Shown here: piece after piece, positions 1-10,545 of the stretch
Layout of the letters: each line of letters begins with the position of its first letter
How positions within the stretch are numbered: position 1 is the stretch's first letter
From: Octopus bimaculoides
Lineage: Eukaryota
Direction of reading: 5' to 3'
Length of the DNA: 33,923 nucleotides
NCBI RefSeq assembly: GCF_001194135.2
Contig: NC_068981.1
Coordinates: forward strand, 24,699,846-24,733,768
Notes under the pieces: model-generated
Seen by the model: only the letters and a program-made list of their open reading frames with translations
Database searches by the model: none
Told to the model about the DNA's origin: nothing
Program-made: the position numbers and the translations under genes

Positions 1-156
1 CTTTCAGTTTCCATCTACCAAATCCACTCACAAGGCTTTGGTCGGCCCGAGGCGATAGTAGAAGACACTTGCCCAAGGTGCCACGCAGTGGGACTGAACC
101 CAGAACCATGTGGTTGGTAAGCAAGCTACTTACCACACAGCCACTCTTGCGCCTAC
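1..156 (-). mobile_element. SINE family A, 5' half (tRNA-like head); continues off the window start
   Basis: Reverse complement of the head of the full copy at 29695-30130 (ggagtggctgtgtggtaag...gggttc.gtcccactgcgtggcaccttgggcaagtgtctt). Confidence 0.9.
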
Positions 157-314
157 CGTTACTTTTTTTTTTTTTAAACTGGATTCAGTCTAAGGCTGCA
201 GGTCATCTCACAGCTTACTATACATTTAGCAGCTTCAACTGCATTTGGTAGCACTCAAAATTGAGGAATATTTCTCCAAGAAAAGTATCAAATGTTTAGT
301 ATCCAATTATACAT

Positions 315-530
315 CATCATAGTCATTTAACTGCCATCTTTCATGCTGGCGTGGGTTGGATGATTTGACTGGATCCGATAGGTCCAAAGACCACATTGTG
401 CTCCTTTGACATGGATTCTATGACTTGGTGCCCTTCCTAATGCCAACCACTTATCCAAAGTGTCCTGGGCACTTTTTTCGTACCACTGGCACTGGTGTTA
501 TTTGCCATGCTGCTCACGAGACTGCAACAC
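315..530. mobile_element. Old diverged retroposon fragment, family unassigned
   Basis: Contains ggtgcccttcctaatgccaaccac, resembling the ggatgcccttcct..cgcca motif I recall from RTE-associated SINE tails. Single copy in the window. Confidence 0.35.
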
Positions 531-684
531 CTGTACTGGGGTAGGAGCCTTCTGTGAAGAGATGAAGGGTTAAAATATGAATGAGGGGAAAAACAAGAGA
601 GAACCCTTTTGAAAAATTACATTTTATTTAAACAAAAAGCAGTCACAGAGGACTATTGATCTACCAAAATGTGTTTGGAAACCA

Positions 685-845
685 TGGTTGTTTTAAGCTG
701 CCAAACCTGCATCAGATCACTCACCCTACCATTTGATGTCATAGATAACCACTGTCTAAAAGAATAAAAACAGGGTGCTCATGACTAAAAAAACCTTTGA
801 TCAGGACCCTTCAGTTAGTTTAAGGCTAACTTGAGATTAAAAAAA
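685..845 (+). mobile_element. Family D interspersed repeat, diverged
   Basis: gctgccaaacctgcatcagatcactcaccctacc...cctttgatc...aaggctaacttgagattaaa matches the other D copies (e.g. 2041-2215, 31900-31975). Confidence 0.6.
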
Positions 846-1396
846 CTACAAGAAGAGGGGGTGGCAGAGAATGAAAATGAGACGTCATGTATCAGTTGAC
901 CTAACTTGGACATGACAAGTGAAAACTTGGTGTTAGGATGTATCTGTATACTGTTCTTGGCAATAATGTGAATTTTAGTAGGGTCTTTGTTGGATGAAAT
1001 CAATTAAAAAAAAAAATCCTTGTTTTGTGATAATCGTAAAATGCAGAAGACTTGGTGGATGAGAAATGTCAACTACTTCTAAATCCTCTTTGCTTGCAGC
1101 AAGAGTGAGCTGTTTTGCATTCCCAAATTGATCATTGCAACTGAGAGACCACCATACAATCAGCGGGAATGTGAGATATTCTCCATGTTCAGTTGTTTAA
1201 TTCAAATAGAAAGGTGTCAACAGCCGCAATCCACTGCAGTGAAGCACTAAGAGATGTCAACTGTTTGAAAGCGACCGTCAAGTTTATAGCTTTGACTGTT
1301 GTAGGGGCTGTGTTGGTGTGACTTGTTTCCTTAAATGAACAATTTGAGACAGCTGGTCATTATTTCAATCCCAAAAGAGAGCCCCAAATGGTCACC

Positions 1397-1590
1397 GGCA
1401 CAAAGTCGGTGTGTGTGTGTGTGGTGAGGTTTAGTTTGATTACATCGACCCAGTGTTCAACTGGTACTTAGTTCATTGATCCTAAAAGGATGAAAGTTAA
1501 AGTTGACCTCAGCTGTATTTGAACCCGGAACATATGAAATACCGCTAAGTATTTTGTCCAGCGTGCTAACAATTCTGCCAAATCACTGCC
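1397..1590 (-). mobile_element. SINE family C
   Basis: Reverse complement of the C body (catcgacccagt...gatcctaaaaggatgaaag...gttgacctcagc.g.atttgaac...gctaacaattctgcca); compare 5808-6052. Confidence 0.8.
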
Positions 1591-1599
1591 CTACTACCA

Positions 1600-2215
1600 G
1601 TGATAATATTAGTAACGCGAGAGCCTTTATATGGTTGATTAATGTGCTAGTAGTGGAGGCGCAATGGCCCAGTGGTTTAGGCAGCGAACTCGCGGTCATA
1701 GGATTGCGGTTTCGATTCCCAGACATGGCGTTGTGAGTGTTTCTTGAGCGAAAACACCTAAAGGTCCACAAGGCCCCGGCAGGGGATGGTGGCGAACCCT
1801 GTTGTACTCTTTCACCACAACTTACTCTCACTCTTACTTCCTGTTTCTGTTGTGCCTGTAATTCAAAGGGTCAGCCTTGTCACACTGTGTCACGCTGAAT
1901 ATCCCCGAGAACTACGTTAAGGGTACACGTGTCTGTTGAGTGCTCAGCCACTTTCATGTTAATTTCACGAGCAGGCTGTTCCCTTGATCGGATCAACTGG
2001 AACCCTTGACGTCGTAAGCGACGGAGTGCCAACAACACAAATGTGCTAGAAATAACATCTCCCCAAATTTCTTCAGATGAAGGTCATTGGATAATGTGAT
2101 CCTAGATGTGCTATGCCAGAATATAAGATAAGATGGCCAAGGTTGGAATACCTTTGATCAAAGATCTACTTGTTCAAGACTGACCTGGGGCTAAATGACA
2201 GCTGCAACAAATAAT
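1600..2215 (+). mobile_element. Family D repeat split by SINE B (1651-2039)
   Basis: aatgtgctag|aaataacatctcccc...ggaatacctttgatc...gactgacctggggctaaa is rejoined when B is removed. Confidence 0.7.
1651..2039 (+). mobile_element. SINE family B, full length, tRNA-Arg-like head
   Basis: A box tggcccagtgg 1665-1675; B-box-like ggtttcgattcc 1708-1719; 3' end gagtgccaacaac; 10-bp TSD aatgtgctag at 1641-1650 and 2040-2049. Confidence 0.93.
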
Positions 2216-2229
2216 TAATAATCATCTTT

Positions 2230-3270
2230 GGTACCCCCCCCCTTCATGCTATTTCCAATGGCGTCACAGCTGTCATCATCATCATCATTATCATTGAGTC
2301 ATTCTTGTTTCCTCTCATCCTTACCCTCATTATCATCATCATCATCATCATCATCATCATGGTCACCATCAATAGTAATAGTTTCCACCCCCACCACCCC
2401 ACGTCTTCCTTACTAGTCATTCTCAGCGCCACCTCCACCACCACCACCACCACCAGCATTCTTTAGTGGCGTTCACTCACATTTCGTCCTATCGCTGCGC
2501 ATCACTTCTAATATTATCATAGCCCCCCCTCATCTCCCCCACCACCATTANNNNNNNNNNNNNNNNNNNNNNNNNNNNNNNNNNNNNNNNNNNNNNNNNN
2601 NNNNNNNNNNNNNNNNNNNNNNNNNNNNNNNNNNNNNNNNNNNNNNNNNNNNNNNNNNNNNNNNNNNNNNNNNNNNNNNNNNNNNNNNNNNNNNNNNNNN
2701 NNNNNNNNNNNNNNNNNNNNNNNNNNNNNNNNNNNNNNNNNNNNNNNNNNNNNNNNNNNNNNNNNNNNNNNNNNNNNNNNNNNNNNNNNNNNNNNNNNNN
2801 NNNNNNNNNNNNNNNNNNNNNNNNNNNNNNNNNNNNNNNNNNNNNNNNNNNNNNNNNNNNNNNNNNNNNNNNNNNNNNNNNNNNNNNNNNNNNNNNNNNN
2901 NNNNNNNNNNNNNNNNNNNNNNNNNNNNNNNNNNNNNNNNNNNNNNNNNNNNNNNNNNNNNNNNNNNNNNNNNNNNNNNNNNNNNNNNNNNNNNNNNNNN
3001 NNNNNNNNNNNNNNNNNNNNNNNNNNNNNNNNNNNNNNNNNNNNNNNNNNNNNNNNNNNNNNNNNNNNNNNNNNNNNNNNNNNNNNNNNNNNNNNNNNNN
3101 NNNNNNNNNNNNNNNNNNNNNNNNNNNNNNNNNNNNNNNNNNNNNNNNNNNNNNNNNNCACACTCCTCTGTCACACCACACCACTTCATCGTTCCACTGC
3201 TGTTGCTGTTACTACTACTACTACTACTACTAATACTACCACCACCACCACCACCACCACCACCACTACC

Positions 3271-3317
<47 letters not shown>

Positions 3318-3600
3318 CATCACTAACACCACCCTACTATTGCAGTCCCCGCCACTACCACCATAACTCCAAGTACCAGTAATGCCAGCGCCACTACGAC
3401 GACGACCACCACAATTACTACTACTACTACTAACACCACCACCACCACTACTACTACTACTACTACTTCTACTAACAACACTACTACTACAACTCCCACC
3501 ATCCACTGCCACCGTTACTACTAAAACTACCACCAGCACTGCCACCATTGATATTACTACAACTTCCGCTGTCACCACCGCATTTAATGCTCCCCCCCCC
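2230..3600. repeat. Compound trinucleotide low-complexity region (CAT)n, (CAC)n, (ACT)n/(ACC)n around a gap
   Basis: Visible tandem triplets at 2273-2365, 2430-2455 and 3200-3560; N gap at 2551-3158. Confidence 0.9.
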
Positions 3601-4616
3601 AACTTTCTTCATTCCTCCATTCCCAGTAGGTAGAAGTTTTGCCGCTGTAAAAAGCATTAAGAGATTAGAAGTATGCTAACTGGACCCTAACGTATGCTTC
3701 GGGTCTTTGGCTTTTGACTCTCTCCACTCATTGCATGTCTGCCTTGGTGGATAACAAGAAGAACGGCTGAAAAGGGGCGAGTGGGGGAAGAGAGACAATG
3801 ATTTATTTTAATTGCCTTCGTAACCTCTCCCGCGCCTCCTTCTTTAATTTAATGAATTGATGTAAACCATGATCGCGATGATGACGACAATAATTGTGAT
3901 GATATTGGTCATGATACTGATGTGGTAAGCATTCCATACACACACACACTATATATATATATATATAATTATATATATACTGCCCTACTCTTCGAAACGC
4001 CTGTGTTAGAATGGGGGCAGCTGATGAAGGAGATGTTCTCTATGTGGCCTGTGTGTTTTCTGTACTCGTTTATAATTTTGTCTACGCTTTGTTTACAATG
4101 TCCTGTACCCAGATATGCATCTATATATACAGGTAGATGTAAGTATGTACATACATGTACGTATATATGCATATACTCATTTATTATTTGTATTATATAT
4201 ATATATATANNNNNNNNNNNNNNNNNNNNNNNNNNNNNNNNNNNNNNNNNNNNNNNNNNNNNNNNNNNNNNNNNNNNNNNNNNNNNNNNNNNNNNNNNNN
4301 NNNNNNNNNNNNNNNNNNNNNNNNNNNNNNNNNNNNNNNNNNNNNNNNNNNNNNNNNNNNNNNNNNNNNNNNNNNNNNNNNNNNNNNNNNNNNNNNNNNN
4401 NNNNNNNNNNNNNNNNNNNNNNNNNNNNNNNNNNNNNNNNNNNNNNNNNNNNNNNNNNNNNNNNNNNNNNNNNNNNNNNNNNNNNNNNNNNNNNNNNNNN
4501 NNNNNNNNNNNNNNNNNNNNNNNNNNNNNNNNNNNNNNNNNNNNNNNNNNNNNNNNNNNNNNNNNNNNNNNNNNNNNNNNNNNNNNNNNNNNNNNNNNNN
4601 CACACACACACACTTA

Positions 4617-5115
4617 CAGGGTGTCCCAAAGACATGTACTCACCCTTTGACTTCCCAGTACTCGTGCATTTTGTGTTCAAGTAGATGTTTATTGATATAC
4701 ACACAATCCTAAAAAGTTAAATTAAATTCAGGAAAATAAATTGTCGTAGAAACGATTATTTAGTGTCATTTAGAATTATTTAATGTTCTCTCTCATTCCT
4801 GCGTGTTTGCAAATGTTCAAACTGCCTTCCTTTATTTCCCAAACAAAGCTGATAACGTCCAACAATAGATTCGACAAGATTGTCAAACATTTCATATGGA
4901 ATTCCAAGATATTGTATTCGAATTTCATTTTTCAAATCATCAATTGTCACTGGTTTTGCAGCGTAAACCTTATCTTTGAGATGTCCCCATAAAAAAAGAA
5001 AAAAGAATCCATCGGCGTGAGGTCTGGGGAACGTGCAGGAAATTCAACGCCACCTCTCCTCCCAATCCATTTGTTTGGATTTTTTGCATCGAGGTATACG
5101 CGATGGGAAGGGGAA
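4617..5115 (-). mobile_element. Tc1/mariner (DD37D/maT-like) transposon, 3' end fragment
   Basis: TA at 4615-4616 followed by the terminal sequence cagggtgtcccaaa, typical of this group; the transposase C-terminus lies just inside it. Confidence 0.85.
4780..5112 (-). pseudogene. Frameshifted Tc1/mariner transposase C-terminus
   Basis: YLDAKNPNKWIGRRGGVEFPARSPDLTPMD, a frameshift in the A-tract 4991-5004, then FLWGHLKDKVYAAKPVTIDDLKNEIR...CLGNKGRQFEHL...stop. This matches the WIGR..WPxRSPDLTPxDFFLWGxxKxxVY signature. Confidence 0.9.
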
Positions 5116-5661
5116 ACTATAAAGCCAACAGTGCCTGAATGAAAGTGGCCTGACTGCATTCAACTTCGAGGAGCAGAGGCCATTATAGAAAGGGCTATTG
5201 TGTGTTTGCAACTATCCCATCTCCTCTTTTCTCCTCTTCTTCTTTCTTTCTGTTTTCTATAGCTCTTTCTTTCTCTCTCTCTCTCTCTCTCTTCGTCACC
5301 TCTGATAATGCTAATAATGATGACGTACAACAGTTTCATGTTAGCATCTGTTGCACCACTTGGTGTACCCCTATGCTCCTTCTACTGGGTGCGTACAGAA
5401 ATGTGTATGTATACTACATCTGTTTTACTTTGTTATGGGATTTGGTTGATTGTTTCCGGTTGATTTTTTTTTTTTTTTTTTGGAAGCAGGGAGGTGTTCC
5501 GCCATCTGGTTGTTGTGTAGTACACGAGTTATTTTGTTGCGTGTTGATTTTATTTGAAATGAGTTGTGTGAGATGTTGTTATGTGTTTTACTGTCGCATG
5601 GTGATATGACTAAATTATTGCACTGCTCGGTTTGTGTTACATTATTTGGTGGCTATTGGCG

Positions 5662-5788
5662 CCAACTTCGCCTTTCATCCTTTCGGGGTCGATAAATTAA
5701 GTACCTGATGCGTACTGGAGTCGATCTAATCGACTGCCCCCCCCCTCCCCCAAAATTTCGGGCCTTGTGCCTAGAGTAGAAACGGATT
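5662..5788 (+). mobile_element. SINE family C, 5'-truncated
   Basis: ttcgcctttcatcctttcggggtcgataaattaagtacc...tactggagtcgatctaatcgact...ggccttgtgcctagagtagaaacggatt. Confidence 0.9.
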
Positions 5789-5807
5789 GTAATATATATT
5801 GGTAGTA

Positions 5808-6052
5808 AGGCGGCAAGCTGTCAGAATCGTTAACACGCCGGGCGAAATGCTTAGTGGTGTTTCGTCTTCCGCTACGTTCCGAGTTCAAATTCCGCTGAGA
5901 TCGACTTTGCTTTTCATTCTTTTGTGGGTATTTATAAATTTAAGCACCATTGAAACATTGGGGTCGATGTAATACACTAGTCCACCCCTCACCCCCAAAT
6001 TTGGGGCCTTGTGCCTTTAGTAGAACGGATTATTATTATTATTATTATTATT
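5808..6052 (+). mobile_element. SINE family C, near full length with (TTA)n tail
   Basis: Pol III-like head (ggcggcaagctgtcagaatcg...gagttcaaattcc), central domain, (TTA)n tail at 6030-6052. Confidence 0.9.
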
Positions 6053-6174
6053 GAGTAGAAAATAGTGGTATGGCAAGCGTCAAATCAATGAAACAATCCC
6101 GTTTCCTATCTATGTCTGGCTCTGTGGCAGTGTTGCAAACCTTCTATTGGAATGATTTGGGGGTGAGTAAAAAC

Positions 6175-6290
6175 AAACAAACGCACGCCTTGTGGCATTT
6201 AGTTACGTCTCACCACGTCCTGAGTTCAAACTCCATTGAGGTTGACTTGGACTTTTATCATTTCTAAGGTGGAATCGATAATCCTATTAT
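6175..6290 (+). mobile_element. SINE family C, diverged partial
   Basis: acgtcctgagttcaaactccattgaggttgacttgg.cttttatcatt matches the C B-box and central domain. Confidence 0.65.
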
Positions 6291-6472
6291 TGAGTTCCGT
6301 GTAATCGATTATATGATTTCTTTTTCCTAGTAAAGTCGTCATCACCACTATCGTCGTCATCATTATCATTATCATTTTGCTTCTCATTTTCCACTATTAT
6401 TGTTTAATCCTAGGTGAATCCCTATCGGGTAGAATTTTGGTCGAACGCATTCCACCCATGATCATCCCAATC

Positions 6473-6924
6473 TTCTAGGGGATATTTGGATCTTTTTGGT
6501 TTGACGGGCAACATTTTTCATATATGTTTTATGTAGTGTTTTTGGTACCGAAACACTTACAAACTTCGTATACTTGTATATTTTGTGTTATAGAACAGAT
6601 AAAAAAATTTGTATTCGAAGTTATTTCATGTTAAAAATTGTCTTATTTCGATAATTTCAACCAATCACTGACGTCTAAGCACTAACTGTATTCAGCTGAA
6701 TAGACGTCAGTGATTGGTTGAAATTACAGAAATACGACAACTTTGACATGAAATAACTTGCGATGTACAATTTTGTGTTAAGAAGGCTAAGAGAAAAAGT
6801 TATTTTATATGACACATTCTACCAGTGTCCCAAGTTTGAAAGTGTTTCGTTAAGAAAACAAATGTTGCCCGTCAAACCAAAAAGATCCGGATATTCTAGG
6901 ACTATATAGTTTGATGCCCTTTAA
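6473..6924. mobile_element. Foldback/MITE-like palindromic element
   Basis: Three nested inverted arms: ggatctttttggtttgacgggcaacattt / aaatgttgcccgtcaaaccaaaaagatcc; gaaacacttacaaactt / aagtttgaaagtgtttc; and aatttcaaccaatcactgacgtcta / tagacgtcagtgattggttgaaatt around a short centre. Confidence 0.88.
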
Positions 6925-6934
6925 TTGTTTAAGA

Positions 6935-7285
6935 CAGCGGTTCCCAAACAGGGTACTTCAGATCCCTTAAGACCCACAAAGAACGTATTGATATTCCATG
7001 AACTGAGGTGGGTAGACGGACAGACCTTTCGAAATAATAACCTGAGTTTCTATCTAAAGGTCAGGTCAGATATGGGACATCCATTATTTGTTAGTATTTG
7101 CTCGGGTGGTCACTGGCAACCCTACGACTAGTATCCCAGTAACTGCCCTATCACTGCGAGTTACTTCTCCATCAGCCGTGACCATGTGGCTTGTGGCCGA
7201 CCAGCACGAGCCGTCGGCCCCAGCGGAATCCTCAAAGAAGAGAACACGATATGCAGAACCCACTTCTGAAAATCGAGCAACGACT
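6935..7285 (+). mobile_element. hAT (Charlie/Buster-like) transposon left end, truncated
   Basis: Starts cagcggttcccaaac; the preceding 8 bp gtttaaga has a central TA. No convincing right TIR or second TSD was found. Confidence 0.5.
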
Positions 7286-7450
7286 GTAGGTGCAGGAGTG
7301 GCTGTGTGGTAAGTAGCTTGCCTACCAACTACATGGTTCCGGGTTCAGTCCCACTGCGTGGCACCTTGGGCAAGTGTCTTCAACTATAGTCTCGAGCCGA
7401 CCAAAACCTTGTGAGTGGATTTGGTAGACGGAAACTGAATGAAGCCCGCC

Positions 7451-7488
<38 letters not shown>

Positions 7489-8016
7489 CAAAGAATATAT
7501 ATGCATGTATACACACATATATGTATATAGTTAGATCTATATGTGNNNNNNNNNNNNNNNNNNNNNNNNNNNNNNNNNNNNNNNNNNNNNNNNNNNNNNN
7601 NNNNNNNNNNNNNNNNNNNNNNNNNNNNNNNNNNNNNNNNNNNNNNNNNNNNNNNNNNNNNNNNNNNNNNNNNNNNNNNNNNNNNNNNNNNNNNNNNNNN
7701 NNNNNNNNNNNNNNNNNNNNNNNNNNNNNNNNNNNNNNNNNNNNNNNNNNNNNNNNNNNNNNNNNNNNNNNNNTATATATATATATGTACACACACACAC
7801 ACACATACTTACATGTGTCTGTTTGTCCCCCACCACCACCATCACTTGACAACCGCTGCTGGGGTGTTTACGTTCCCATAACTTAGCGGTTCGGCAAAAG
7901 AGACCGATAGAATAAATACTAGGCTTACAAAGAACAAGTCATGGGGTCGATTTATTCGACTAAAAGCGGTGCTCCAGCATGGCCGCAGTCAAATGACTGA
8001 AACAAATAAATAAGAG
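7286..8016 (+). mobile_element. SINE family A, full copy with expanded internal (TA)n/(CA)n tract spanning a gap
   Basis: Head 7286-7452, microsatellite plus N gap 7452-7810, 3' half ending gctccagcatggccgcagtcaaatgactgaaac. Confidence 0.9.
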
Positions 8017-8539
8017 AACCAGTCTGAGCTGACGCTTCCGAATCATACAAGTAACAGGATGCTTCCCAGTTTCTGAACATAGTCCGATACAAAATCCGAA
8101 TATGGAGCCTGCAGAAAAATTTCATTTATATAAAAGGAGCCCTTGGCAGAAAAAAAGGCTTCGAACTACTACAGTAGGTTACGAATTGAGGGAAATTTGA
8201 CTTATATTTCATGCAAGTCAAACAACTACATAGAGACGGTCTAAACTGGCTAAATTTTGCTCTAGTTTTATCATAGTTGCTGACTCGGTCGGTTTTACTT
8301 TCTCTTCGTTCAACTTATTTTCCCCTCTTTTCATTTATTACACACACGTTTTACTTTGCTCTCTCATTAAACTTACTTTTCGGCTTTGTATGAACTTAGT
8401 TGACAGCGCTAAACGATTTTACTAGTCAAAAGATACTCTATCTACCAACCGAAGTCAAACCAATACACATTTTAAGTGCTACTGTATGACGGCATAATTA
8501 ATTTTACTCTGGTGTAATTGATTTTCTTTGGGTTATCCC

Positions 8540-8720
8540 CCCTCTATCGCCCACTGTCTTCGAATTTATGTATATATATCTATGTATGTGTGTATGTCTA
8601 ATATACATATATAAAATGTATGTATACATATGTATATATGTATGCATAAATATATGTATATATATATGCATATATATATGTATATATATATATATATGCA
8701 TATATATATGNNNNNNNNNN

Positions 8721-8769
<49 letters not shown>

Positions 8770-8847
8770 TGTGTATGTGTATATGTCTATATGTGTTTGT
8801 ATTTCATATATAATATATATTATTAGTGTATATATGTGTGTGTATGT

Positions 8848-8879
<32 letters not shown>

Positions 8880-8990
8880 CTATGTGGGTTTATGTGTGTA
8901 GATAGGATTGTTTATGTTTGTCTACACATACATGTTTGTATATGTATACACGCACACACTCTCACACACATTAACTTAACACCCATTGAT
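8540..8990. repeat. Degenerate (TA)n/(TG)n/(CA)n microsatellite field
   Basis: Directly visible dinucleotide tracts with a 10-N gap. Confidence 0.9.
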
Positions 8991-9064
8991 GCGAATTCAC
9001 TTTTAGTAATATCGATTTGAATTTATTCTGTTTCTCTCTTACTCAGAAACACACACGCACACAA

Positions 9065-9095
<31 letters not shown>

Positions 9096-9510
9096 TACAT
9101 GCAAACGTCTGTACAAAATTGCATGCTTATGTACACATTTACTGTAAATTAGATTATTTTAATGATAATGATGGTGCTAGTTGGCGTTGATATATTTGCG
9201 TAACTTTTGCACACACACACACACACACAATATAATGTAATATGCATGCATGCGTGTCTACACGTGTCTCTTGAGAAATTGTTACAGATGTATAATATCA
9301 TTCATCCATAAACACGTTCGTTTAAACGAACATAAGCATACAAGTATGTGTGAACGGCCCCCGCATGTGCACCCACTCACACACACACACGCCCACAGAG
9401 TCTGTAATCAGAAGAGTTAAAATACGCAAGACATCTCTTAAGTTGGAAATATTAATTTATTTTTGTTATCTGCATTCCAACGGAACTTTGCATCTTTGTT
9501 GGAATCTAGC

Positions 9511-9511
<1 letters not shown>

Positions 9512-9558
<47 letters not shown>
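9512..9558. repeat. (TG)n microsatellite
   Basis: Perfect TG run. Confidence 0.95.
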
Positions 9559-9560
<2 letters not shown>

Positions 9561-9917
9561 CAAAGAATATTTGGAAAAATTTTTTTTATCTAAGAGCTGA
9601 CATCGTTTTATGAAACACAGAGAAGAGCAGGTCGTTCCAACTCGTTACTTACTAGAAACAGTTGCGAAGAGAGGGTCCGGAAGTAAATGCAGAATAAAGG
9701 TGCAGCCCCAGTATGGTCGCAGCCTCTGGCTGAAACTAATCTCTGTGTGTGTGTATGCATGTGTGTGTGTATAATGAATACAAAGGAATAAACGATTATG
9801 AAGTTCAGTAACTAACAGCCGTTTCTGCTATACGATGCAGTGAAGTCATAGTTGAATGCCTGATTAACACCTTAAAGCTCCATCGGAGCCTCAGAACATG
9901 AAGTGTGTGTGTGTACT

Positions 9918-10545
9918 GGCACTCCGTCGGTTACAACGAGGGTTCCAGTTGATCCTATCAACAGAATGGCGTGTTTGTGAAATTAATATGCAAGGTGGTG
10001 TCGCACACCTCAGGCATGCGTACCCTTAACGTAGCTCTCAGAGTGAGTTAGCGTGACGCAGAATGTGACAAAGCCGGCTCTTTGAAATATAGGTAAAGAC
10101 CGGCCTTTTCCGTAAAAAAGTGTTGGAGAGAAACAGGGAAACGACGTCATAACAGCGACAGACATACAGAGAGCGCGATATATTTTTTGAAGGGTTTAGA
10201 GTTAGGGTTAGGATTAGGTTTACGGTTAGGGTTTGCGTTAGGGAATTCCGTCCCTAACCTTAAACACTAACTCTAACCCTAAAACCCTAACCCTGACACT
10301 AAAACCCTAACCCTAACACCGTAGTAAAGATCTTGCGGGTGTTACGGAAAAGGCCGATCTTTGGTAAAGATCGCCGAAGACACTTTTTATGGAAAAGGCC
10401 GATATTTAGGAACTCGTACCGACAGATCGCCCGCATTTTTCATAGCTGAGTGAACTGAAGCAACGTGAAACAAAATGTTTTGCTCAAGGAGACAACGGTT
10501 TTCAAATCCGCGACCTTACGATCGTGCACCCCACCACACACACTT
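9918..10545 (-). mobile_element. Older SINE 'E' (shares head and 3' tail with B, CORE-like centre), interrupted by the 10092-10408 insertion
   Basis: 9918-10095 aligns to the B tail (ggcactccgtcg...ggttccagttgatcc...gtacccttaacgtag...tttgaa). 10433-10545 (agctgagtgaactgaagcaacgtgaaa...tgctcaagga.acaac...ccgcgaccttacgatcgtg) gives a CORE-like centre and a B-like head. Confidence 0.7.
10092..10408. mobile_element. TIR-flanked non-autonomous element with internal head-to-head telomere-like arrays
   Basis: Left arm ggtaaagaccggccttttccgtaaaaaagtgt (10092-10123); inverted matches at 10342-10362 and 10380-10408; degenerate (TTAGGG)n at 10191-10243 and (CCCTAA)n at 10252-10316. Confidence 0.7.

Noticed and set aside
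825-899. Apparent terminal exon ANLRLKKLQEEGVAENENETSCIS* after tttaag
   Set aside because: The putative acceptor and first codons align to the family-D tail (aaggctaacttgagattaaa versus ctgacctggggctaaa at ~2182), and the peptide is unrecognised.
815-1330. Chain of minus-strand open frames of 45-62 aa
   Set aside because: The frames are discontinuous, separated by stops and shifts, and show no recognisable domain.
1651-1730. tRNA-Arg gene
   Set aside because: A and B boxes and an Arg-like anticodon arm are present, but there is no acceptor-stem 3' strand, and the head is fused to a repeated body with TSDs. It is a SINE head.
3186-3633. Poly-Val and poly-Thr/Leu/Pro ORFs (mucin-like)
   Set aside because: Translations of ACT/ACC triplet repeats; stop-poor by composition, with no splice or domain support.
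3985-4045. Hammerhead ribozyme / Penelope-type motif (GAAAC at 3994-3998, CTGATGA at 4021-4027)
   Set aside because: I could not fold any hammerhead topology: there is no stem I between a cleavage triplet and CUGAUGA, and no GAAA follows the downstream hairpin. It may still be a decayed repeat terminus, but there is only one copy here.
10191-10316. True chromosome end-to-end fusion scar
   Set aside because: The arrays are short and degenerate, bracketed by inverted arms and inserted within a SINE, with no subtelomeric context.
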